Counted from the stretch's first letter, positions 1 through 8,776 are shown. The stretch is DNA of 64,000 nt from an uncultured Anaerolineaceae bacterium (GCA_964371335.1 CAYJMC010000003.1:41962-105961); one strand, 5' to 3'. Notes: generated by a model from the letters alone, not told the origin. A program made the numbers and translations.

Positions 1-123
1 CTGCAGCCAAAAAACGGCCAGCACGCTGGCAAGGAACAGCAGCCAGCTGCGGTTGACCTGCTTATAGAAGCGCCCGGCCAGCAAACCCAGCAAAGCAAAG
101 ATTAAAACTTGCGTGAGGTTCAA
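1..123 (-). CDS. 5' part of a polytopic membrane protein, possibly an MBOAT (AlgI/DltB-like) O-acyltransferase; continues past the window start
   Basis: Hand translation on the minus strand from TTG 121-123, open to position 1: LNLTQVLIFALLGLLAGRFYKQVNRSWLLFLASVLAVFWLQ (hydrophobic). It is absent from the ORF track because it is truncated. The family call rests on 41 aa plus context and is weak. Confidence 0.3.
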   Translation of the reverse strand, partial: MNLTQVLIFALLGLLAGRFYKQVNRSWLLFLASVLAVFWLQ

Positions 124-126
124 GGA

Positions 127-246
127 CTAGAACCCCTGATAGATCCAAAGAGGGCTGGCATCGGCGGTCATGATCAACAGCAGAACGGCGATCAGGCAGA
201 GCAGGATTGCGTAAAGATTTTCGCGGGAGAATAATTTTCTCAGCAT
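127..246 (-). CDS. 39-aa single-TM microprotein with aromatic C-terminal tail WIYQGF (DltX-like)
   Basis: Hand translation: MLRKLFSRENLYAILLCLIAVLLLIMTADASPLWIYQGF*. It has a basic N-terminus, one TM helix and a short tail. Its stop lies 3 nt before the TTG of the downstream membrane ORF. A TATAAT box lies at 256-261 on the minus strand. It is below the 60-aa track cutoff. Confidence 0.35.
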   Translation of the reverse strand: MLRKLFSRENLYAILLCLIAVLLLIMTADASPLWIYQGF

Positions 247-295
247 CGAGGCAAGATTATAAACGGCCAATATCCAAGGCTTCTACAATCAGCCT

Positions 296-402
296 TGCCG
301 TCTTTGCGAGCCCGCAATGCGGGCGAAGCAATCCCCAACCTCAACGTGCAAAAGGCTTGGGGATTGCTTCGTAAGGCTTTGCCATCCTCGCAAAGACGGA
401 CA
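296..402. repeat. Family A palindromic (dimeric) MITE/REP-like element
   Basis: Perfect 13-bp outer inverted repeat ccgtctttgcgag (298-310) / ctcgcaaagacgg (387-399). Perfect 14-bp inner inverted repeat cgaagcaatcccca (324-337) / tggggattgcttcg (358-371). The architecture matches 14921-15030. Confidence 0.8.
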
Positions 403-458
403 GGCGCGCCCCTTCTAAGTTGGCGGTCGGCCGCTGGACGTTTTTGTATAATTACACC

Positions 459-1340
459 GTGAATCCGTTTCTCGCCCGTCTCGCTAACCCGCGCCCCATC
501 ATCCTCGATGGCGCCACCGGCACCGAACTCGAGCGCCGCGGCGCGGATACCAGCACGCCGATCTGGTCGGCCATGGCGCTGTTGGACGCGCCGGAGATTG
601 TCGAGCAGGTACACCGCGACTATCTGGATGCAGGCGCCGAAGTCATCATCACCAACACCTTCCGCACGCACCGCTGCAATCTGGAAAAGCTCGGCATGGG
701 CGACGAGGCGGCCCGGCTCACCACGCTGGCCGTCTCCATTGCTCAAAAAGCCATGCGTGCAAGCGGCAGGCAAGCCTGGGTAGCCGGTTCCATGGCGCCG
801 CTAGAAGATAGCTACTCCACCGCCAAACCATCCTCGCGCCAAGAATATCTCCGCGCGCACACTGAGATGGCGCGCAACCTGGCTGCCGCGAGTGTCGATC
901 TGCTGCTGATCGAAACGATGAAAGATATCGCCGAAGCGGAAGCGGCCGCCGAGGCGGCCAGCGCCACTGGGCTGCCCTTTGGGGTCAGCTTCATCTGTAA
1001 GCCCGATGGGAATTTGCTCTCGGGAGAAATGATTGCCGATGCGGTAAAAACCGTCGAGCCGCATGGTCCAGCTTTCTTTGGGATCAACTGCACCCCCGCG
1101 CCCACACTCCACGTCGCGCTAAAAGAACTGCGTGCCGTCACCCGGCTGCCGATTGCTGTTTATGCCAACTCCGGCCACACCGACGATTACCAAACATGGG
1201 GCGAGACCGAGGCCACGCAGCCCGCCGCCTATTGCCAGTTTGCCGAGCTTTGGATCAAACTCGGCGCGCACCTGGTGGGCGGATGCTGTGGCACGCGGCC
1301 GGAACACATCCAAGCCATCGCCCACGCTGTTAAAGCCTGA
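459..1340 (+). CDS. mmuM: homocysteine S-methyltransferase
   Basis: Track ORF 420-1340. ILDGATGTELERRG, INCTPAP and a C-terminal GGCCGTRPEHI motif are typical of the Hcy S-methyltransferase domain. The likely start is GTG 459 (VNPFLARL...), 6 nt after TATAAT at 447-452. The TTG at 420 lies inside the repeat element. Confidence 0.85.
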   Translation: MNPFLARLANPRPIILDGATGTELERRGADTSTPIWSAMALLDAPEIVEQVHRDYLDAGAEVIITNTFRTHRCNLEKLGMGDEAARLTTLAVSIAQKAMRASGRQAWVAGSMAPLEDSYSTAKPSSRQEYLRAHTEMARNLAAASVDLLLIETMKDIAEAEAAAEAASATGLPFGVSFICKPDGNLLSGEMIADAVKTVEPHGPAFFGINCTPAPTLHVALKELRAVTRLPIAVYANSGHTDDYQTWGETEATQPAAYCQFAELWIKLGAHLVGGCCGTRPEHIQAIAHAVKA

Positions 1341-1544
1341 ACCACTCCCTGGGCCGTCCTTTTACTGCCTTGGTATCCTTTCAAAAATGTTCAGTACCTG
1401 TTCATAAGGATCTGAGTAAAATCACCCTGCCCGTGCGAGTTTTGGTCGGGAAAGAACACATTTTTTACCAATCCAGAGCTCGGGACGGAGGGATCAATCG
1501 CCAATCAAAATATCCCCGCATCCAGGACGGAACTATTCGACAAC

Positions 1545-2963
1545 TTGCTCGAGGGTTGCCAGATCATTGATTTTAACTGGGTCTATCTGTATTTGAACAA
1601 CGCAGCCATCGCGCACGCCCAAAAGTCACGGGAGGAATTGATAGGTTATACGATGATGGAAGCATATCCCGGGATCGAGGGGACACCCTTGTTCGCAAGA
1701 ATGCGCAAGGTGATGAAGGATCGTGAACCAGATCGTATTGAGAACCCATTCAAGTATCCAAACGGTAACCAAGGCTGGTTTGAATTGCTTATCCAACCTT
1801 GTCCGGAAGGCATCCTGGTGCTCTCACAGGACATCAGCGACAGAAAACTGGCCCTCGAGCGGGCACACGACCAATTGAAACGCTTGAATGCCTTGCATCA
1901 AATCGACCGGGCGATCACCTCAAACTTCGATGCGTCTGTAGTTTTGGAAAGCGTCTTGAAACAAATCCACCAGATCCTGAATCTGGATGCCGTTGCCATC
2001 TTACAGCTTGATCCGGTTACGCATGATCTGCGAGCCAGCGGTTCGAGTGGTTTCAAAAAAGCCCACTTGGAGGATTTAATCTTAAAAATGGGGAAAGGCA
2101 TTGCAGGAATGGCGGCCTTGGAACGACGTACGATAGCAATCGATGATTTGGCCAACGAGCCTACATTTGTCCGCCGGACTTTAGTGGAAAAAGAAGGCTT
2201 CGTTAGTTATGTGGGCGCCTCATTGGTCTCCAGAGGAGAAACTCTCGGATTGCTAGAAGGCTTTCATCGGAGCAAGCTAACGCCAAACAAGGATTGGCTG
2301 CACTACTTCAACATCGTAGCTAATCAGATGGCAATTGCCATCGTTCACATGCGAACATTTGGCGATTTGCAAAAAGCCAATCAGGAATTGATGATGGCCT
2401 ACGACCGCACTATCAATGGCTGGGCGAAGGCCTTGGAAATACGCGACTTCGAAACGCAGGGCCACTCGAAACGTGTAACCGAACTATCGGTTACCTTGGC
2501 AAGGGCATTCGGTTATAGCGATAGCGAACTAGTCAACCTCCGCCGAGGCGCTATGCTGCACGATATTGGCAAGATGGGGATTCCTGACAAGATACTCCTC
2601 AAGCCGGGAAAGCTAAGCGATAAGGAATGGAAGATCATGAAGCAACATCCCCTGATCGCTTACGACCTTCTTTCCAACATAGAATTTCTTAAGCCAGCCC
2701 TGGATATCCCTTATTGCCATCACGAGAAATGGGATGGGAGTGGATATCCCCGTGGACTTAAGGAAAACGTGATTCCAGAACCAGCCCGCATCTTTGCTGT
2801 GGCGGATGTATGGGATGCACTGCGTTCAGACCGACCTTATCGCAAACACTGGTCGGACGAGGACGCCTTCGCGTATATCAAAAAGGAAACCGGCAGCCAG
2901 TTCGATCCTCGTGTCGTGGAAGAGTTTGAACCATACGCCATGGAAGCGCTCAAGGTTCAATAG
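1545..2963 (+). CDS. PAS-GAF-HD-GYP signalling protein (putative c-di-GMP phosphodiesterase)
   Basis: N-terminal PAS-like segment, central GAF-like segment, and a C-terminal HD-GYP domain (MLHDIGKMGIP, HHEKWDGSGYPRGL). TTG 1545 is the first canonical start after the in-frame stop at 1413. Confidence 0.8.
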   Translation: MLEGCQIIDFNWVYLYLNNAAIAHAQKSREELIGYTMMEAYPGIEGTPLFARMRKVMKDREPDRIENPFKYPNGNQGWFELLIQPCPEGILVLSQDISDRKLALERAHDQLKRLNALHQIDRAITSNFDASVVLESVLKQIHQILNLDAVAILQLDPVTHDLRASGSSGFKKAHLEDLILKMGKGIAGMAALERRTIAIDDLANEPTFVRRTLVEKEGFVSYVGASLVSRGETLGLLEGFHRSKLTPNKDWLHYFNIVANQMAIAIVHMRTFGDLQKANQELMMAYDRTINGWAKALEIRDFETQGHSKRVTELSVTLARAFGYSDSELVNLRRGAMLHDIGKMGIPDKILLKPGKLSDKEWKIMKQHPLIAYDLLSNIEFLKPALDIPYCHHEKWDGSGYPRGLKENVIPEPARIFAVADVWDALRSDRPYRKHWSDEDAFAYIKKETGSQFDPRVVEEFEPYAMEALKVQ

Positions 2964-3034
2964 ATTATTAGTTACAGGATAAGGGGCTGAGTCCCGTTGC
3001 CTACATTAGGTGGGTCAAATCATCCATTCAAATC

Positions 3035-3670
3035 ATGACAAATGACACATCTGAGAAGGAGCGAGTAATTCTAGAATTTTGCTGGGCCTGCTCTGGAGGA
3101 CCCATGCCTATTCCCAAAGCCCAAAAATTACCTCTGCCTGCTGGAATCGAACCTGCGAAAATTCAGATTGTGATGATATGTGAAGCATTTCCAAAGGATA
3201 TGCGGGATTATTTTTACTCCTCATCCAATTCCCTCTACGTCACCAACATGATAGATGCATTTAATAGCACGGGTATCAAAGTCAAAAACATCAGCGACAT
3301 TCTCAGAAAAGGTTCTTTTCTTACGGTGGCAGTAAGACAATCACGAAAGGGATTGGTTATTCCCAGCGCAATAATCGAAAAACATTCCTACACTCTCGAA
3401 GAAGAGCTGAAACTATTCCCCAACACCAGGGCCATCGTATTGATGGGTGATGCCGCCATCAAAGCTTTGAATTTCATTTCCCGCAGAACATATAAGGCCA
3501 GGGTGGTACCGGCGGGATCAACATACAAAATCAGGCATGAAAAGTATTATTTCGGAAACATTCGGGTATTCCCGTCTTACCTACCCACAGGGAAAAATTT
3601 CCTGATCGAAAAATCGAAAAGGGAAATGGTGGCGGAGGATATTAGAAATGCTTTTCAGCTTATACGCTGA
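3035..3670 (+). CDS. uracil-DNA-glycosylase-superfamily-like protein with divergent motifs
   Basis: The layout resembles family-4 UDGs. IVMICEAFP stands in place of the GEAPG motif, FLTVAVRQSRKG in place of NvvKCRPP, IVLMGDAAIKAL in place of the LG..A block, and VFPSYLP in place of HPS. The region is visibly AT-richer than its neighbours. Confidence 0.4.
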   Translation: MTNDTSEKERVILEFCWACSGGPMPIPKAQKLPLPAGIEPAKIQIVMICEAFPKDMRDYFYSSSNSLYVTNMIDAFNSTGIKVKNISDILRKGSFLTVAVRQSRKGLVIPSAIIEKHSYTLEEELKLFPNTRAIVLMGDAAIKALNFISRRTYKARVVPAGSTYKIRHEKYYFGNIRVFPSYLPTGKNFLIEKSKREMVAEDIRNAFQLIR

Positions 3671-3685
3671 CCACCTCTCTTAGTC

Positions 3686-6355
3686 TTATCCCTTTGTAAA
3701 TTTCCTCTTCCATTCCCACAATTTATTCAGCGCTTCAATTGGCGAGAGGCCTTCGATATCCAGCCCCTTCAGTTCGTCCACCAGCGGGCTGCTCTCGGGG
3801 AACAAGGCCGCTTGCTTGGCGGCCAGGCCGCCGGTATCCGCATTTCGTCCCGAGCTCGCTTCCAACTCCTTCAAGATCTCCTGCGCTCGCTGCAGCACCG
3901 GCCGCGGCAGCCCGGCCAACTGGCCCACGTGAATGCCATACGAACGATCTGCCCCGCCGGGGATGATCTTGTGCAGGAAAACAACATTGCCAGCGGCTTC
4001 GCTGACTGCGACGTTGTAATTGCGCACACCGGGCAGTTGCACGGCCAATTGAGTCAACTCGTGATAATGCGTGGCGAACAGCGTGCGGGCGCGCAACTTG
4101 GGATGGTTATGGATGTATTCGACAACCGCCCAGGCGATGGAAAGCCCGTCATAAGTGCTGGTGCCGCGTCCGATCTCGTCGAGGATCAACAGGCTGCGCG
4201 GCGTGGCATGGTGCAGAATGTTAGCGGTTTCCACCATTTCCACCATAAACGTGGACTGCCCAGCATGGATTTCATCTTGGGCGCCGATGCGGGTGAAGAT
4301 ACGGTCCACCAGGCCGATGCGTGCGCTGGCGGCGGGCACGAAGCCGCCCATCTGCGCCATCAGCACGATTAGCGCCACCTGGCGTAAATAGGTGGATTTG
4401 CCGCTCATGTTCGGCCCGGTGATCAGGCGGACACATTCGCCTGATTCGAATTGAGTGTCGTTGGGCACGAAGCGCGCCTGCCCGGGCAGCAACCGCTCCA
4501 CCACAGGGTGGCGCCCCTCACGTATATCGAGTACGGTGCCATCTTCGAGTTCCGGGCGCGTGTAGCCATTGAGCGCTGCCACTTCTGCGAGCGAGGCCAG
4601 CACATCCAGCATCGCCAGGGCACGTGCAGAGGCCAGCATGGTCGCGGCAGTTTTCGCCAACTCGGCGCAAACCTGCTTGAACAAGCGCGTTTCCACTTCA
4701 AGGATTCGCTCCTCGGCGTTCAACACTTGCGCCTCAACTTCTTTCATCTCGGGCGTGATATAGCGTTCGGCGTTCACCAAAGTTTGCTTGCGAATGTAAT
4801 CTGAGGGCAGGCCAGCATCTTTGGCTTTGGTCACCTCGATGTAATAGCCGTGCACCTTATTGAAGCCCACCTTCAATGTCTTGATGCCCGTGCGCGCCCG
4901 TTCGGCCGTTTCGAGATTGGCAATCCACTGGCGCGCTTGTTTCGTGGATTCCAACACTTCGTCGAGCTCGCTCGAATACCCATTTCGAACGATCCCAATG
5001 TGACCCAGTACCGCGGGCGGGTCATCGGCGATGGCGGTTTGCAGCAGCTTCAATTCTCCCGAGCAAGGAGATAAGCCGGCGATGAGATTCTGGAGTCGAG
5101 GCTTTAGCCGGTTTTCTCGAGCACCGGCTAAAGGCGGGATTGCTTCGTCGACCTTCGGCCTCCTCGCAACTGCGGAAAGCAAGCTTTCCTTGGCCTCGAC
5201 TCCGTTTAGAAGAGCGATCACCGCCGGAATGGCTTCCAGCGTTTCTCGGATCGCCACCAAATCGCGCGGCTGGGCGCTGCCGCCCAATACCCGGTTGGCC
5301 AGCCGCTCCAGATCGCCCAGCGGCTTGAGGGCGGCGCGCAGCTCGGCGCGCCGCAGACCATCTGCGTGGAAAAAGGTCACGCCGTCCTGGCGCTGGCGGA
5401 TTTTGCCCAATTCCAACAGCGGCTTGCTTACCCATTGGCGCAGCATGCGCCGCCCCATCGGCGTCACGCAAAGTTCCAGCACATGCAACAGCGACCCTTG
5501 TACTCCACCGCGCAACGTTTCGGTGAGCTCCAGGTTGCGCCGCGCTTCGCCGTCTAATGTCATAAACTCGGCAAGACTGTATGAGTGCAAACTGGTTAAC
5601 AAGTTTAAAGTTGAAGGTTGGGTTTCCTGCAGATACTGCAGCAGCGCGCCCGCCGCCTGCATGGCGAGCGGTTTGTCTGTCAACCCATAAGCCTTCAGGC
5701 TGGAGGTTTTGAAATGCGCCAGGAGAGCTTCTCTGCAGCGGCCGGGCTCGAAGCGCCAGGCCGTCCACGCAGTGGCATGGCCTGGTAGATTCTCGAACCC
5801 TGGTGTTTTGTCAGGATGAAGGATTTCTGCCGGCGCCAGTCGCTGGATTTCTGCGCGCAAGGCTGCAGCGTTTTCCAATTCGGCGGCGGCAAACTCGCCG
5901 GTGGTCACGTCGGCGTAAGCCAAACCGGCTTTGGCATCCTCCAGCACCACCGCGGCTAGATAATTGTTGGCATCGCCAGGCAGCAGGCCGGGTTCGACCA
6001 CAGTGCCGGGAGTGACAATGCGCACCACCTCACGGGGCATCAGGCCCTTCACTGGCTCCTCAGCCACCTGCTCGCAGATGGCCACATGGTGGCCGCGTTC
6101 GATCAACTTAGCAAGGTAATTTTCCGCCGCGTGGAAGGGAACTCCAGCCATCGGCACCCGAACGCCCTTGGCCACGTTGCGCGAAGTGAGCACAATGTCC
6201 AGTTCGCCGGCCACTAGCTCGGCATCGGCATCGAAAGTCTCGTAGAAATCGCCTAAGCGAAAGAACAAAATCGCCTGCGGGTATTGGCGCTTGATGTCCA
6301 GATATTGCTGGCGAACGGGACTGATCCGATCATCGATGGCGGTGTCAGAGGCCAT
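3686..6355 (-). CDS. mutS: DNA mismatch repair protein MutS
   Basis: N-terminal mismatch-binding region (FFRLGDFYETF), Walker A GPNMSGKST, and conserved DEIGRGTSTYDG and ATHYHEL segments. At 889 aa it includes the repeat-derived insert at 5092-5203. Confidence 0.97.
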   Translation of the reverse strand: MASDTAIDDRISPVRQQYLDIKRQYPQAILFFRLGDFYETFDADAELVAGELDIVLTSRNVAKGVRVPMAGVPFHAAENYLAKLIERGHHVAICEQVAEEPVKGLMPREVVRIVTPGTVVEPGLLPGDANNYLAAVVLEDAKAGLAYADVTTGEFAAAELENAAALRAEIQRLAPAEILHPDKTPGFENLPGHATAWTAWRFEPGRCREALLAHFKTSSLKAYGLTDKPLAMQAAGALLQYLQETQPSTLNLLTSLHSYSLAEFMTLDGEARRNLELTETLRGGVQGSLLHVLELCVTPMGRRMLRQWVSKPLLELGKIRQRQDGVTFFHADGLRRAELRAALKPLGDLERLANRVLGGSAQPRDLVAIRETLEAIPAVIALLNGVEAKESLLSAVARRPKVDEAIPPLAGARENRLKPRLQNLIAGLSPCSGELKLLQTAIADDPPAVLGHIGIVRNGYSSELDEVLESTKQARQWIANLETAERARTGIKTLKVGFNKVHGYYIEVTKAKDAGLPSDYIRKQTLVNAERYITPEMKEVEAQVLNAEERILEVETRLFKQVCAELAKTAATMLASARALAMLDVLASLAEVAALNGYTRPELEDGTVLDIREGRHPVVERLLPGQARFVPNDTQFESGECVRLITGPNMSGKSTYLRQVALIVLMAQMGGFVPAASARIGLVDRIFTRIGAQDEIHAGQSTFMVEMVETANILHHATPRSLLILDEIGRGTSTYDGLSIAWAVVEYIHNHPKLRARTLFATHYHELTQLAVQLPGVRNYNVAVSEAAGNVVFLHKIIPGGADRSYGIHVGQLAGLPRPVLQRAQEILKELEASSGRNADTGGLAAKQAALFPESSPLVDELKGLDIEGLSPIEALNKLWEWKRKFTKG
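5092..5203. repeat. Family A monomer embedded in frame inside mutS
   Basis: Terminal inverted repeats ggagtcgaggc / gcctcgactcc, an internal hairpin tagccgg/ccggcta, and the core gattgcttcgtcg-N-tcctcgcaactgcggaaagcaagctt. It aligns along its whole length with the intergenic copy at 17649-17765. Confidence 0.7.
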
Positions 6356-6539
6356 GAAAGAATTCTAACAGTACGGATTAGAAAAATAGCTCCGTGGCTT
6401 GACGATGCACTGGCGCCAAGCTAGCATCTAGCAAGTTTTTAGGGGTGCCTTTGTCCCCTTTCGCCTGTTACGCCGATTAATCTTATGTCAAGCTAAAAGC
6501 GCCGTTTCCACTGGTGCTTTGTCGAAAGGAGACTCGGAC

Positions 6540-8687
6540 ATGTCACGCAAGTTCTCAGTTCCAGGTTCGGTTATACCGGCGATCGCTACCCTCGCCATTC
6601 TGCTGCTCGGTTGCCAACCCGGACTCTCAGGTGTTATGACCTCGACCGACCCGTCAGCAACCCAACCCCAGAACAGCGCCCCTGTGGAAGCCGCTACGCC
6701 GTCCGCGAACAGCTATAGCTGGCGCGGAACTACGCTCACCCTGGAAGTTGCTCTGCCCAAGGAGCCCGGCGAAGCCGGCGTTTACCTCGGCCATCCGGAT
6801 ACGCCGACCACCATCGAAGATGCTCGCGCCCTGGCAGACCGATTCGGCATGCAGGGTCATGTGTACTCCAGCGGCAGCGTATATTCCAGCGGCGCAGGGT
6901 TTCTGGTGGTAGATGGAAACCGGCGGCTTTCGGTGCAGTCCGACTACCAATTCATCTACTATCCAAGCCACTTCAATTACTCGATTTCTGATACCGCGAA
7001 TCAAAGCCCGGAAAATGCCGAGGCCTTAATTTCCGAGTTTATGCAGGAATACGGCTTCGATATGGACTATATAGTGTCGTATTCTGAGCTGCATAATGCT
7101 TATTTCGCGCTCCCGCTCTCGCCAGATGGATCCCCCTTGCGATTTCCTCATTTCGCCGCATCCGGCTTCCAGTTCAGCTTCGACAAGGAGGGCATTGTTT
7201 CCGTTTACGCCATTTTGCTCCAATACGAGCCGATTGGGACCTTTGGGATTATTTCGGCGGATGAAGCTTTTCAAAAATTGCTGGCTCCTGATCCCAAATA
7301 CGGGTCGCTGGAAGGAGGCATCAGTCCTTCGGGGTCCCCACAGGCATGGGTCCGTAAATATCCACTCGACGAAACAATCACACTTTACGGTTGGATGAAC
7401 TCTATACCTTCCGCCGAGGGCGGAGAACGGCTGATAAGTCTGGACAGCTACATCGTTACCGGCAACACCACCGGCATCGACTCGAACATGTCCGATACCT
7501 ATGTTGAAGCCACCGGGCGCTTCAACACCGAAGCCGGCACGGATTACTTCGTTCTTGATTCTTGGCGCGCTCATGCTTCCCAAGAAGGCTGGCTGGGAAC
7601 TTTGCAGCGACAAGGCGATGATGTCGTTCTAGTCACCAGTGAGCATGGAACATTGCTAATGCCGGACGTCCCCGCGGATGTCCCGCTGCCATTGGAGGAT
7701 GTATACGCATTGGGAGTGACGGTCGGAAACACGTTTGAATGGAATTTCTTCGATCTTCGCATGGTCGACGGAGGTGGAGGTGGTGGCGGTGGAGGTCTGG
7801 GCTTTTACGATGTGAATCTGAGCGGCACGCCCCAGCCTCTACCAACTCTGGCAAGTCAACAGCAATTGCAGCCAAAGGTCGGCGAGCATTTAGATGGCTT
7901 GCGTGGTTTCGTGAACGTGACTCTATTCAACCAGCCAGATGGCAGCCAGCGCGCCGAATATTATTTGTTCTATGTGCCCGAGGGCCAGCCGTTTTCTACA
8001 ATGATCATGTTGCAAGGCGAGGGCTTGGAAGTGCTGCAAGCAAACCACAACCGGCCGGTCGACATGTGGGGAACGGTAACTGGATTCAACGAGCAATTGG
8101 GGATGGCCGTTGTCGACGTCGATCGCTTCGCGGTCCCCTTCCCAGACCTGCAGTTCCAGGTCCTGCGGGGAACCCAGCAAACCCTCCAAGTTGACGGGCA
8201 ACCTGGGATTTTGTTCATCACCACGGAAGGGCAGAGCTATTTGCAGCTGATGCCCGGAGGCGGATTGGATGGCATGCTGATCGGAAATGAAGGCGACGAA
8301 GTCTTATTGGAAGCGCTGATCGTCCCCGATGAGACATTCGCTGGATATGCGACCGTGCACGATTTTTCCGCGTCAATGGCCGTCAACCCAAAGAATGGAC
8401 AAGCCATGAATTTGCAGATCACCGCCGACCAGCCCTACGTAACGGACGCACCCCAGCCGCAGGTTCAGGAGACGGTTGAAGTTCCTACGGCTGTAATCGA
8501 CAATGTGGAATTGGTTCATCTGATCCCCTACCCGAGTTACGCGTTACCAGACAGCGATTTCTACATCCAGCCTATGTGGCATTTCACCGGGCACTATAGC
8601 CAGGGGGATGTCTTTGAGGTCTTCGTGCAGGCTCTCAGGCCCGAATTTCTCAGCCCAGAAATCGTGACCGTAGAGCCGCCAGGGTAA
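6540..8687 (+). CDS. secreted lipoprotein of unknown function with poly-Gly linker
   Basis: Track ORF 6519-8687. AAGGAG lies 8 nt before ATG 6540. Signal peptide with lipobox LLLGC. Nine consecutive Gly residues are encoded at 7770-7796. I recognised no family. Confidence 0.7.
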   Translation: MSRKFSVPGSVIPAIATLAILLLGCQPGLSGVMTSTDPSATQPQNSAPVEAATPSANSYSWRGTTLTLEVALPKEPGEAGVYLGHPDTPTTIEDARALADRFGMQGHVYSSGSVYSSGAGFLVVDGNRRLSVQSDYQFIYYPSHFNYSISDTANQSPENAEALISEFMQEYGFDMDYIVSYSELHNAYFALPLSPDGSPLRFPHFAASGFQFSFDKEGIVSVYAILLQYEPIGTFGIISADEAFQKLLAPDPKYGSLEGGISPSGSPQAWVRKYPLDETITLYGWMNSIPSAEGGERLISLDSYIVTGNTTGIDSNMSDTYVEATGRFNTEAGTDYFVLDSWRAHASQEGWLGTLQRQGDDVVLVTSEHGTLLMPDVPADVPLPLEDVYALGVTVGNTFEWNFFDLRMVDGGGGGGGGGLGFYDVNLSGTPQPLPTLASQQQLQPKVGEHLDGLRGFVNVTLFNQPDGSQRAEYYLFYVPEGQPFSTMIMLQGEGLEVLQANHNRPVDMWGTVTGFNEQLGMAVVDVDRFAVPFPDLQFQVLRGTQQTLQVDGQPGILFITTEGQSYLQLMPGGGLDGMLIGNEGDEVLLEALIVPDETFAGYATVHDFSASMAVNPKNGQAMNLQITADQPYVTDAPQPQVQETVEVPTAVIDNVELVHLIPYPSYALPDSDFYIQPMWHFTGHYSQGDVFEVFVQALRPEFLSPEIVTVEPPG

Positions 8688-8712
8688 GGAACTATCCTTT
8701 CCTTGAAGGCAC

Positions 8713-8747
8713 AACGCGCAATACAACAAGTATTGCGCGTTTGTTTT
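8713..8747 (+). terminator. rho-independent terminator
   Basis: 12-bp stem aacgcgcaatac / gtattgcgcgtt with a 5-nt loop, followed by tgtttt. It lies about 25 nt after the stop at 8687. Confidence 0.7.
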
Positions 8748-8776
8748 CCGCGGCACTCGACATTTGTGGCCAGCGA

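Noticed and set aside
1416-1544. Upstream extension of the PAS-GAF-HD-GYP gene (in-frame ...RTELFDNL looks like a PAS N-cap)
   Set aside because: There is no ATG/GTG/TTG in frame between the stop at 1413 and TTG 1545, so I kept 1545. A non-canonical start cannot be excluded.
5022-5768. 248-aa and 219-aa ORFs overlapping mutS (both strands)
   Set aside because: These are alternative frames of mutS, with Arg/Ala/Pro-rich translations and no support.
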